Below are positions 26,808-38,250 of a stretch of 64,000 nt of DNA, piece by piece. The notes below the pieces were generated by a model. It saw only the letters and a program-made list of their open reading frames with translations. It searched no databases and was not told the DNA's origin. The first letter of the stretch is position 1. Each line of letters starts with the position of its first letter. Made by a program: the position numbers and the translations under genes. This DNA comes from Octopus sinensis (Eukaryota), in the NCBI RefSeq assembly GCF_006345805.1, contig NC_043006.1, positions 81,592,001 through 81,656,000 on the forward strand, in the 5' to 3' direction.

Positions 26808-26845
26808 TGTTTCTGAAGAAGATCTTTGCCTCGAAACGTAAAACA
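26808..26845 (+). ncRNA. Minimal type I hammerhead ribozyme-like motif (weak stem II)
   Basis: TGTTT-CTGAAGA(A)-GATCTTTGCCTC-GAA-ACGT-A-AAACA: 5-bp stem I, canonical core, palindromic ACGT stem III; stem II only 2 bp plus mismatches. Confidence 0.5.
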
Positions 26846-27134
26846 CCATTTCTTTCATTGAGCGTCTTATTAGTACTTTGCATGTACCATGTCCCCATGT
26901 TGTTTTTTCCCTGTCTTTTTTCTCTGTTTTTTTTTGTTTCATTAATGATATATATATATATATATATAATAGTTATCGCCATACTAATATGGCATTCTTA
27001 TAAAAATAAGAATAAAGCTGACCGCTTATTAGCTCCATGAGGCCATCGCCTTAAGTTAGCTATTTGATACACAAACTGTATCCATATAACCTTCGAACAA
27101 GGGAGGTCAGTCGCTCCACACTACTTGACCGGCA

Positions 27135-27176
27135 GCTACAGACGCGTTTCGGGGTATTGCCCCTTTTCAATGCAGC
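27135..27176 (-). ncRNA. Minimal type I hammerhead ribozyme (left-arm copy)
   Basis: Exact reverse complement of 27501-27542. Confidence 0.75.
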
Positions 27177-27500
27177 GTAGCCAGCCAGTAGGTGTCGCTT
27201 CCGACAATCTCTGTTCGATGGTTTTATTTACCTAGTTTCGGTGGAATACATCCACTTGTTTTCAATAATAGAAATATTAAAATAACTAAGTCTCTCTAAA
27301 AGAGAACAGCGGCATAAGAATGCCATATTAGTATGGCGATAACTATTATTTTCCGGGAACGCTGCCGCTGTTCTCTTTTAGAGAGACTTAGTTATTTTAA
27401 TATTTCTATTATTGAAAACAAGTGGATGTATTCCACCGAAACTAGGTAAATAAAACCATCGAGCAGAGATTGTCGGAAGCGACACCTACTGGCTGGCTAC

Positions 27501-27542
27501 GCTGCATTGAAAAGGGGCAATACCCCGAAACGCGTCTGTAGC
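27501..27542 (+). ncRNA. Minimal type I hammerhead ribozyme, U3-A8 variant, GUC site
   Basis: GCTGCA-TTGAAAA-GGGG CAATA CCCC-GAA-ACGCGT-C-TGTAGC: 6-bp stem I, 4-bp stem II, palindromic stem III. Confidence 0.75.
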
Positions 27543-27974
27543 TGCCGGTCAAGTAGTGTGGAGCGACTGACCTCCCTTGTTCGAAGGTTATATGGATACA
27601 GTTTGTGTATCAAATAGCTAACTTAAGGCGATGGCCTCATGGAGCTAATAAGCGGACAGCTTTTTTCTTATTTTTATAAGAATGCCATATTAGTATGGCG
27701 ATAACTATTATTTTCCGGGAACGCTGCCGCTGTTCTCTTTTAGAGAGACTTAGTTATTTTAATATTTCTATTATATATATATACTTATTCTATTGGTCTC
27801 TTTTGCTGAACCGCTAAGTTAAGGGATCGTAAACCCACCAACATCAGTTATCAAGCGATGGTGGGCGGGCAGACACAGATACACAGAGGAGTACAGAATA
27901 GTCCTTATAAACATAGATTCGGTCGCTGATGACCATAATGAACTCAGTAGGATGATAAATATTAATTATAATAT

Positions 27975-28595
27975 TGGTTTCAAATTTTATCAGACGGCTA
28001 ACAAGTTTGGGAAATGGGGTTGGTCAATTATATCGATCCCATGGTTCAAATGGTACTTATTTTATCCAGCCCGAAAGTATGAAAATAAAAAAAAGTCGAC
28101 CTCGCACAATTTGAACTCAGAACATGAAGACGGACGAAATACCGATAAACATTTTACCCAACAGGCTGACGATCCCGCCAGCTCACCGCTTTCAATATTA
28201 AATATAAAATTGATTTCAAATACTGGCACAAGACCAGCAATATTGCGGGCGGGTGTAAGTCGATTAATCGACCCCAGCGCTTAACTGGTTCTTATTTTAT
28301 CCAGCCCGAAAGTATAAAAGAAAAAAAAGTCGACCTCGCAGAATTTGAACTCAGAACACGAAGACGAACGAAATACCGATACGCATTTTACCCAACAGGC
28401 TGATGATCCCGCCAGCTCACCGCCTTCAGTATTAATTAAAAAAGTTGATTTCAAATATTTGCACAACACCATCAATATCGGGGGGTGGGGGTGTAAGTCG
28501 ATTAATCGACCCCAGCGCTTAACTGGTACTTATTTTATAGACCACGAAAGCATTTTGCCCGGCGTACTAAAAATTCGGTCAGCTAGACGCCTTGA
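27975..28595 (-). mobile_element. Tandem triplication of family B SINE (period ~235 bp)
   Basis: Copies 1 and 2 share private variants such as ATCCAGCCCGAAAGTAT (28064, 28299); third copy partial. Confidence 0.8.
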
Positions 28596-28739
28596 ATATT
28601 AATTATAATATTGGCAATGACTTTTGCATTAACCATAATCTAAATTTACAAGGAAACCAGGTGAGTAGCAACAATAGTATCTGAAATAATATAATGTAAA
28701 TTAAAAGGCAGCAGAATAGTTAACACACGGGGCAAATTG

Positions 28740-28868
28740 GTCAGCGGCATTTTATCCGAGGCCAACTTTAACTTTCATACATTTGGGGTCACTAGGATCA
28801 CTGGGGGTCAATTTAATCGACTCAACCCTTTCCCTAGAATTGAGGGCCTTGTGCCAAAATTTCGAACC
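28740..28868 (+). mobile_element. Degenerate SINE family B, 3' part
   Basis: Decayed core and tail GGCCTTGTGCCAAAATTT. Confidence 0.55.
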
Positions 28869-28884
28869 TATATATACACATATA

Positions 28885-29249
28885 GAGGCTGTGTGGTAAG
28901 TAACTTGCTTACCAACCACACAGTTCCGGGTTCAGTCCCACTGCGTGGCAACTTGGGCAGGTGTCTTCTACTATAGCCTCAGGACGACCAAAGCCTTGTA
29001 AGTGGATTTGGTAAACGTAAACTGAAAGCCTGTCGTATATATATATACGTTTGTGTGTCTGTGTTTGTCCGTCCCGCCCCCTGCATCATTTGACAAGCGA
29101 TGTTGGTATGTTACGTCCCCGTTACTTAGCGGTTCGGCAAAAGAGACCTATAGAATAAGTATTAGGCTTACAAAGAATAAGTCCTGGGGTCGATTTTCTC
29201 GACTAAAGGCGGTGCTCCAGCACGGCCGTAGTCAAATGACCGAAACAAA
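28885..29249 (+). mobile_element. SINE family A
   Basis: Head to tail homology. Confidence 0.88.
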
Positions 29250-29282
29250 TATCTATATCTATCTACCTACCTACCTACCTAC

Positions 29283-29394
<112 letters not shown>

Positions 29395-29706
29395 GCCCAC
29401 TCACATATCTGATAAATAAGGAAATGTGTATCTTCAGCAAAGCAATGGAAATATTATTGAATAATAATATCTGTCTGTATATGTATGTATGTATTATGTA
29501 TTTATGTATGTATAAATATATATGATTAATATTGCGTGTGTTTGATCACATAAAAACTGAACATTTACAGAATTAACGGCTCATTTTATTGACAATAGCT
29601 TCAATAAGTTTAAATGTCACACATTCAGCGAAACCACAAAATAATTTTCATTGAAATTATAATACAAACGCACATACATACATACATACATACATACATA
29701 CATACA

Positions 29707-29738
<32 letters not shown>

Positions 29739-29748
29739 GATAGATCAC

Positions 29749-29801
<53 letters not shown>

Positions 29802-30793
29802 GCATACGTACATATATACATACATATGCTTTTGTGTACAGATATTGCATATATTTACAGACATTTGCGTCGAGATCTTGTATCAAAAACTTTATAAAAT
29901 AACAAATTAACAAAAAATAATTAAAACGTATTACAGACTCGCAACAGTAACGGAATAGAAATATAACAACAACAAAAAATGTAACAACACCACCACCACC
30001 ACCACGACCTTCTCCACCACTGACAACAACAACAACAACAGCATCAGCAGCAACATCAACAGTTACGTAAAGCATGAAATTCTATTGAATCAGCGACGGG
30101 TGAACACTAAACTTCTATCGATTTCTACCAACGAAAATCAATAATTCTAAAGGTCGTATCGAAAACTAGATTTTCTATTGGAATTCCCCTCTTGCAGTTC
30201 CATATTGATTTCTTATACAGGCACAGGGTCTCTTGCGGTTTCGTATTAAGCAAAGCTGAGAACAACGCAGCGAAAGTTTTACATCGAAAAGTCTCAGTTC
30301 CGAAATAAAATTTTCGTTTTTTATTTGTTTTTAATAACGACAAGCGTATTTTCCATTCTTCGGTATTTTTTTACTTTAACACGTGGGAAACTATTTGCAA
30401 ATGTTAAAAGCTATTCCACAATGGTTGGTTGGTTGTAATAATGTCACAGAAATTTTATTTCTGTTTTTATTTCTCTAATCTTTATTGACTTCTGGGTATT
30501 ACCTGCGGTAATTTGTCACAGAATCTCAGGAAGGATCAGAATACTTTGGAAAGCTCAGTGCTACTCCCTCTGCTTATCCCCCACCACTTGTACTTAACAT
30601 AACAACTACAAATGTAGGTGCTTGAAACATTAGATTAAGATAATGCTTTGTATAACATTTTCACTTACACGCTCAAGCACACACGCACACACCCGTGTAC
30701 ATTCATACATACATACATACATACATACATACATACATACATACATACATACATACATACATGTGTGTGTGTGTGTGTGTGTGTCTGTGTGTG

Positions 30794-31063
30794 TGGAGGC
30801 ACAATGGCCCAGTGGTTAGGGCAGCGGACTCGCGGTTGTAGAATCGCGGTTTCGATTCTCAGACTGGGCGTTGTGAGTGTTTATTCAGCGAAAACACCCA
30901 AAGCTCCACGAGGCTCCGGCAGGGGTTGTGGCGATCCCTGGTGTACTCTTTCGCCACAACTTTCTCTCACGTGGGTGGCGTCATTTGAAGGCTAAAACAA
31001 TGCGAAGCGCATTGTGACCAGTGATGTGTAGCAACATCTGATAGCCTGGTCGGTCACGGTGAT
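30794..31063 (+). mobile_element. SINE family C (tail type 2)
   Basis: Head after (GT)n; tail GGCTAAAACAATGCGAAGCGCATTGTGACCAG. Confidence 0.85.
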
Positions 31064-32417
31064 TATATATATATATATATATATATACATATATACACAA
31101 GGATGGTATTAGGTGTAACAATTTGACTCGGACGAACTCCTCGGAATGTTAGTGTTTCGACTACATTTGGTAGCAAGCGTCGTTCTACGATTTGTGTATG
31201 TGTGTGTGTCCGTGTCCATTCAACTGACTACTTATCTATCACCGGGGCTTTCCCCCATCTCCAGTTTAGTACTGCTTCTTGCACAGTCCAAACGTGAGTC
31301 CACTTTACTTCCTTCCGCACCAATTCCACGTCACTTTCCTTCTCATCTGGACTGATCGACGCTGAGACAGATTGGCGCACTTTCCCACCGTTACTTTTAC
31401 ACCTGGCCCTTCTCCCTCTTCTGCAAATGTATTTCTATCTCCTTTTTTTCTTCTGCTTCCCGCACCAAACCTTCTATTAGCAACTGTCCATTTCTCTTGG
31501 CTCCCAGATTTTCTCTTAATGGCATACTAACATAAAATAAAAATTAAAGTATTTATTACGAATACAAAAAGATGTTTGCTGATGCAGACCATCGCTAGTT
31601 TCGTTTGTTTCTGTTTTCTTTCGTCTTTTTCCTCTACATAAAAAATTAATAAATTGCTAATACAATATGGTGAGCTCGATAACCATTAATTAATCTATAT
31701 TTCGTTCCATTTCCGCTTCTATTGATGTGCTTGTGTATATTGGCATGTTTTGTGTTTACACACAATATTCCTTTATCTGTCTTTGTTTAAGTCATCGCCA
31801 TCCCTCTCCACACTTTTCTCTGTCACTCTAGCCCTTGACCCACTATCAACATATTCATCGTTGCGTTTGTCTTTGCGTCCCAACGTATATATTTCCCCTA
31901 CAACACTGTTATGTCGCTCTCTAGAGGAGATCATGCAAGTGTTGGATATTTTTCACTGAAATCGGGAATGAAGAACTTACCGTTCTAGTCCCTTCCTCTT
32001 TCCCTGGAAATGAAAAAAGAGAGAGAACAGTAGTATTTTTCATTTACCCTTCCCGCCTCACGTAACTCTGTCTTTCTGGCTACTGACCAACTATCAAAGC
32101 TCATTTCATTTGGTTACACCTCTCGTCTTCCCACTACTCCTGGTATACATGTATACACATACATACGCAAATACACGCGTGCGCACACTCACACACATAT
32201 ATGAGCAGAGGCAGCAGCATCACCTGCCCAGTTAAAAATAAAATTCTACTTTTTTCTGTTTCTCTTTTTCATTCAGATGATAGTTAGGTCTCGAAACGTC
32301 GATATTCTCATCTCCACACAGTATAATATTTAACCCAAACGTTTGAAACTCGCTATAAGCATGCAATTATACATTCTTATGCTTCATCACAATAGCTGAA
32401 GGAAGCTAACATCTTGA

Positions 32418-32464
<47 letters not shown>

Positions 32465-32496
32465 ACACACACACACACACACACAAACATACACAC

Positions 32497-32675
32497 ATGT
32501 GGCTGTGAAGTTAAGAAGCTTGCCGCTTTGCAACTTCGTGGTTTCGGGTTCAGTTCCATACGTAACTCCTTAGGCAAGTGTCTTTGGCGGTGTGTATGTC
32601 TCAGTGGTTGTGTTTCTCCACACCCACGGCTTGACAAGCGATGTTCGTTTGTTTACGTCTCCATAACATTGAACG
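32497..32675 (+). mobile_element. Old internally deleted SINE family A
   Basis: Decayed head and body. Confidence 0.55.
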
Positions 32676-32740
32676 CAGTCCTATACCTGAAACCAATAAA
32701 GGATAAATAATATAATACATAACAAAAACAGACATAAAAA

Positions 32741-32955
32741 GGCGGCGAGCTGGCAGAAACGTTAGCACACCGGGCGAAATACTTAGCGGTATTTCGTTTG
32801 TCTTTACGTTCTGAGTTCAAATTCCGCCGAGGTCGACTTTGCTTTTCATCCTTTCAGGGTCGATAAATTAAGTACCAGTTGCGTACTGAGGTCGATCTAA
32901 TCGACTGGCCCCCTCCCTCAAAATTTCAGGCCTTGTGCCTAGAGTAGAAAAGAAT
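32741..32955 (+). mobile_element. SINE family B, full length (tail type 1)
   Basis: Head, core and tail CCCCCTCCCTCAAAATTTCAGGCCTTGTGCC. Confidence 0.9.
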
Positions 32956-34789
32956 ATCAAATTAGTACCCTACGTGTATAGACAGATGGATGGATGGATG
33001 GATGGACAGTAAGACAGACAGACAGGCAGACTGACAGATAGACACAGAGAGATAGGAAGATATATGCAAGTATATATACGCATGTATGTATGTGTATATA
33101 TATATATATACTTAGAAACGTTGCATTTCTAAATCTCTCAGAGAGACTTATACAGTAGCAGCACGATAAAGTGGTGGTTTGTTGCCAACTTAATGTGGCA
33201 GGAAAGGGAAGAATGCTACTGCTATTTAGCTCCAGGAAACATCGTTCCAGTTGGCTATGTGGCACAAGCGTTCTGTATCCTTAAGTTTTCAAACAGGGGA
33301 GATAAGCACCCCCCCCCCCAGCAAAGCCAGCAACCAGAGACTAGTTTAAGGGCCATTGCTCTTCGTCAGTCGGGAGTAGCTTATTCGCCATTGAAAACAT
33401 ATAATACACACATACCAAATTGGTACCCGACGTGTATAGATAGTTGGATGGACAGAGAGACAGTAAGACAGACAGACAGGCTGACTGACAGATAGTTGGA
33501 TGGATGGAAAGAGAGTATTGTACATATATACAATACTAATATAAACGAGGGGCAATGTGATACCATAAAAATTCAATCGCCCTAAGTGTGACTAAGGGTG
33601 GTAACACATCTACATTACTAGAAATGAGTTAAAATATTCCTAATGCTGTAGCAATGGCGTAGATGCATACATGCTGACAGGGGAGGCAACCGCCCCATAT
33701 TTGTGCATGTGTATGTATGTGTGTGTGCGTGACTTATAGAACTAACTTCATGTATGCGCTTATGCACATAAACTTAAGGTTCGTTGTATGCATAGAAACA
33801 TACATGGATAGTTTGATGTGTTTGTATATGTATCTGCTTGTTTGATTATGTGTGCGAGAATGTATGTTTGTGTCTGTGTGTGCACGCGTGTGTGTTTCTA
33901 TGTGCACGCATGTCAGTGAGTGCGTGTGTATATATGTGTGTGTGTACGTGACGTGTGTCTGTGTGTGCGTGCGTGCTTGTGACTGTGTGTGTATGGCTGT
34001 GCGAGGATGGAGTTATTGATCTAATCATTTCGTTTTGTTAAAGTTTCTTAACATTATTCAGAGGCCAATTAAATGTCTTGTTTCGGCTGACTTGAAATCA
34101 ACCATTGTATTTAGAATTGCCCGACCTTATCTCAAATAATTTATTCAGAAGCGAAATCAAACGAATAAGCAGAAACAAAATGAAAGGGGGGGGGGGAGAA
34201 AGAAAAAGAAAGGCAAGAATGAAAAAGAAAAAGATAGACAGAATAAAGAAAAGAAGAAATTAAATGAAAGAAATGCATGAAAAAAAATCATTAAAACTCC
34301 AGCTTTGCTCTAAATATACAAATAAATAGACGAATAGACAAATAAATAAGCGATACCAAGTTCACTCAGTTTAGTCAATGACGAGTTTGCTGCAGAATTG
34401 TCGTCTGACGCACTTGTGACGTCAGACAGGAGAAATCCCGGCTTTTATCGTTATAATAGAAAGGCGTAGAAGACGAAATTGCAAGTTAAATTGGTATGGG
34501 GGGTGGGGAAACAGATGAGAAGGAAAGAGTGGGATTAGGAGAAGGAAGAGAAGGGGAGAAAGAGGAAGAGGGGGAGAAATGAAGTAGAGGAGGTAGCTGA
34601 ATTATACCGCGGTGTAAAGAGTAGTTTGTTTGCTGTTTGGAAACCTTCTACTTCACTTGTCAGAATGTTATTGATGACGTAGATTCATTGAATTAGTGTG
34701 CCAACGTTGACGCGAGCGTGCAAGCGTGCGCATGCGCATTATTTGCATTTGAGAGAGGAACAGATATAAGCATATACCCAAACCTTCCA

Positions 34790-34867
34790 ATATATATATA
34801 TATATACATATACATAGATATATATACACATATATATATGTATGTATGTATATATATGTATATGTAC

Positions 34868-34900
<33 letters not shown>

Positions 34901-34966
34901 AGGGAGACAGAGCATGCGTATTATTTGCATTTGAGAGAGGAACATATATAAACATATACCCATATC

Positions 34967-35047
<81 letters not shown>

Positions 35048-35198
35048 TATATATAACATATATATATATATACACACACACATATGTATATATATATACA
35101 CACATAGATGTATATATATACATATACATACATATACATACATATATATATACATACATACATATATATATGTGTGTATGTATATATATATGTATATG

Positions 35199-35236
<38 letters not shown>

Positions 35237-35269
35237 ATACACACACATATATATACACACACATACATC

Positions 35270-35308
<39 letters not shown>

Positions 35309-35360
35309 GTATGTATATATATGTATATGAACAGAGAGAGAGAGAGAGAGAGAGAGAAGA
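34790..35360. repeat. Higher-order compound microsatellite (TA/TG/AG blocks repeated about 3x)
   Basis: Blocks end in G(T/A)ACAGAGAGAG three times; ~40-bp non-microsatellite unit ATTATTTGCATTTGAGAGAGGAAC duplicated. Confidence 0.85.
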
Positions 35361-36234
35361 TAGAGGAGGAGGAAGAGTAGAGTAAGCAAAGACCAATGTG
35401 TTTAACTAGCGTTAACATGTGAGAGCTTGCGGTTACATATGCTGTATGTATGTATATTATACAACAAATCTACTAATATGGCCTTTACCATATAGATAAG
35501 GTCTGTGTGTGCATGTGTAGGTATATGCGCGCGTGTGTGTGTGTATACGTGTGTGTTTGTGTGTTTGTACGCGCCTGTTTGTGTGTGTGTGTGTATACGT
35601 GTGTGTTTGTGTGTTTGTACGCGCCTGTTTGTGTGTGTGTGTGTATACGTGTGTGTTTGTGTGTTTGTACGCGTGTGTCTGCGCTCGTGTGCTCGCGGAT
35701 GCTTGTTCAGTTCGTTCGCATTACGTACGTAAATGTCAGAGGCGAATTGTTGCTTCTTTGCTGTAACCGATTTTATATGCATTTATACTAGTGTCCATGT
35801 GAAACAAATGCTTATGTAAAGTTTGTGTGAGAGTTTGCGAGAGGCATGCATCTACTTATTTTCTGTGTGCGTATTCTCTTCTTGTGTGTGCGTGTTTCGC
35901 TTGTGTGTGCGTACATACAAAGCTGATGCATACAGCTGTTTTAATGCTGATAACGAAAACCATTTGCTGTCAAAGAGGTGTCATAGAGCTGTCCTGAAAG
36001 ACCGGCATATCGTTTGCACTTACACTTATGAAAGACTTTTACATCTTCCTACCGAGTTCTCCGTTTTGCACTCAAGCTCAACTGCTGTTGCACACGCCAT
36101 GACCAACGTACATATACACACATATATATTTGTATGCACGTGTGTTTGTTGCTATGCATGTATGTCTATGTGCCTTTGCAGTACCTTGGCACAGAACATG
36201 AGGTCGTCGAAGGACTTGTGCAGCTTCATTGATT

Positions 36235-36310
<76 letters not shown>

Positions 36311-36312
<2 letters not shown>

Positions 36313-36652
36313 ATTCTTTTATTCTTTTGACTGCGGCCATGCTGGAGCACTGCCTTTATTCAACCAAATCGACCCCAGGATTTATTCTTTGTAAGCCTAG
36401 TACTTATTCTATCGGTCTCTTTTGTCAAGCGATGGTGGGGGGACAAACACGGACAGACAAACATATACACACACATACACACACACATACATACACACAT
36501 ACACACACACTAAGGCTTCTTTCAGTTTCCGTCTACAAAATCCACTCACAAGGCTTTGGTCGGCCCGACGCTATAGTAGAAAACACTTGCCCAAGGTGCT
36601 ACGCCGTGGGACTGAACCCGGAGACATGTGGTTGGCAAGCAAGCTTACCACA
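36311..36652 (-). mobile_element. SINE family A
   Basis: Reverse-complement homology with an internal deletion. Confidence 0.85.
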
Positions 36653-37979
36653 CGCATTAACAATTCAATTTGAATCTTGCTTGCTCGCAATGTTACTCAG
36701 CCAAACTGGCGCATGATGGGAAAATATTATGAATTAAGATTACTCTGAAATGTTAATATGAACGAAATGAAACAAGTTTCGCGTGAATCGGTAAAGTGGT
36801 TTTGGAGATAATTAGAGATTTTCAGGGAATAAACTAAAAGCGGGCTTAATGGGAAAATGTTCCAAAAATAATCTTGATACTGAAAGGGAAGAAACTGTTA
36901 TCTTTCTATTAGACAGTGAATTAACAACGAAAAAATGCGATTTTTTTTTACAGTAAATGTTTCTACTTTCGATTTTGTTAAATAATATTTTAATCATTTA
37001 GAAATACTTTTAAGTGAAAGTGATTTCAATAATGTAAGTTGTTTGTACAGTAAGTATTTATATTTTAGCTTTCTTTAAAGAGACAATGTTTTAATGTTTC
37101 TATAAATTATTTTGAAGTGACTACCGTTACAAAATTCTTTTTGGCATATTTAAAAAATACCCCAAAGTGAAAATGACTTTAAAAATATGGTAAATATTTC
37201 GTAAAGCATCCGTTCGTAAACTCAGTGTGAAATAGTTCAACGTACTTCACTGCTATTTCTAGCACGTCTTGCTACTCCGTAACAGCTATTTGCGATAAAG
37301 GACACGAAATACCTGTTACGTGGTGGCAGGGCATTCAAGAAATAGCAGCCAAATCTTACCTTTTCTGGTGAAACTCACCGTTTACACGTGATTTCCATGT
37401 CACATTCGTTGAAAGCATGCGAAATAACCTAGAGAAGAAGAAAATACCTCACGAAACAAAACACCGTTTCTGGGAAACCCAGAGTTTCTCATTTACCCAA
37501 CGTGTCACGTGTAGTCTAGTATATATAATATATATATATATACACACATATATATATACACATACATATATATATATATTCATATTCATACATACACATA
37601 TACACGCACACACACACACACACACACATATATACAAAATATTATATGTACTTGTCTCGTTTGTATTCGAAATCTGCGAATGTATCCATATATATATGTC
37701 TTTGTATATATGTATGTATGTAGGTATGTGTGTGTATTTGTATGCATGTATGTATGTGTGTTTGTATGCATGTATGCATGTGTGTTTGTATGCATGTATG
37801 TATGTGTGTTTGTATGCATGTATGTATGTATGCATGTATATGTGTGTAGGGCTGTATGCTTTTGCGTACGTAAACAGACACAGATTATCGTAAATAGTTT
37901 TCGTTAAATTTCCAAGATATTTACTTTACTTGTTGAATGCACAGCAACTCAATAGGTACTCGGTGCTATTACTTTACAC

Positions 37980-38250
37980 CAGTGGTTCCCAAACTGGGCA
38001 GCGGAAAGATCACGAGGAGCGTTGAAAAAAGTGAGACAATAATAGGGTGACCAAAAGTGGGGCGATGGATGCAACCCCCAATCCCACCGCAAAATAATGG
38101 GTTAAATAGGTTAAGTTTTATTTGTGAAATACAGTTGTTTCGCATTTGCTGCAGAAGAGGTCTACGTTAGTGGTGTTGAGTGGGGAGGGGGCACTAAAAA
38201 TATGGCACCATGTCAAGGAGGCGGCAGCCTGAAAAACTTTTGGGAACACT
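37980..38250. mobile_element. hAT (Charlie-like) MITE
   Basis: TIRs CAGTGGTTCCCAAA / TTTGGGAACACTG and a perfect 8-bp TSD CTTTACAC (37972-37979, 38251-38258). Confidence 0.9.

Larger units (their letters stand above)
26967..27772. mobile_element. Foldback element with hammerhead ribozymes (Penelope-like/retrozyme-like, non-autonomous)
   Basis: 348-bp inverted arms 26967-27314 / 27363-27710 with ~3 mismatches seen, plus direct repeat 27314-27410 / 27676-27772; (TA)n at both ends. Confidence 0.8.

Noticed and set aside
35823-36716. 297-aa ORF
   Set aside because: Chance read-through of unique DNA, (TA)n and an antisense SINE; no protein features
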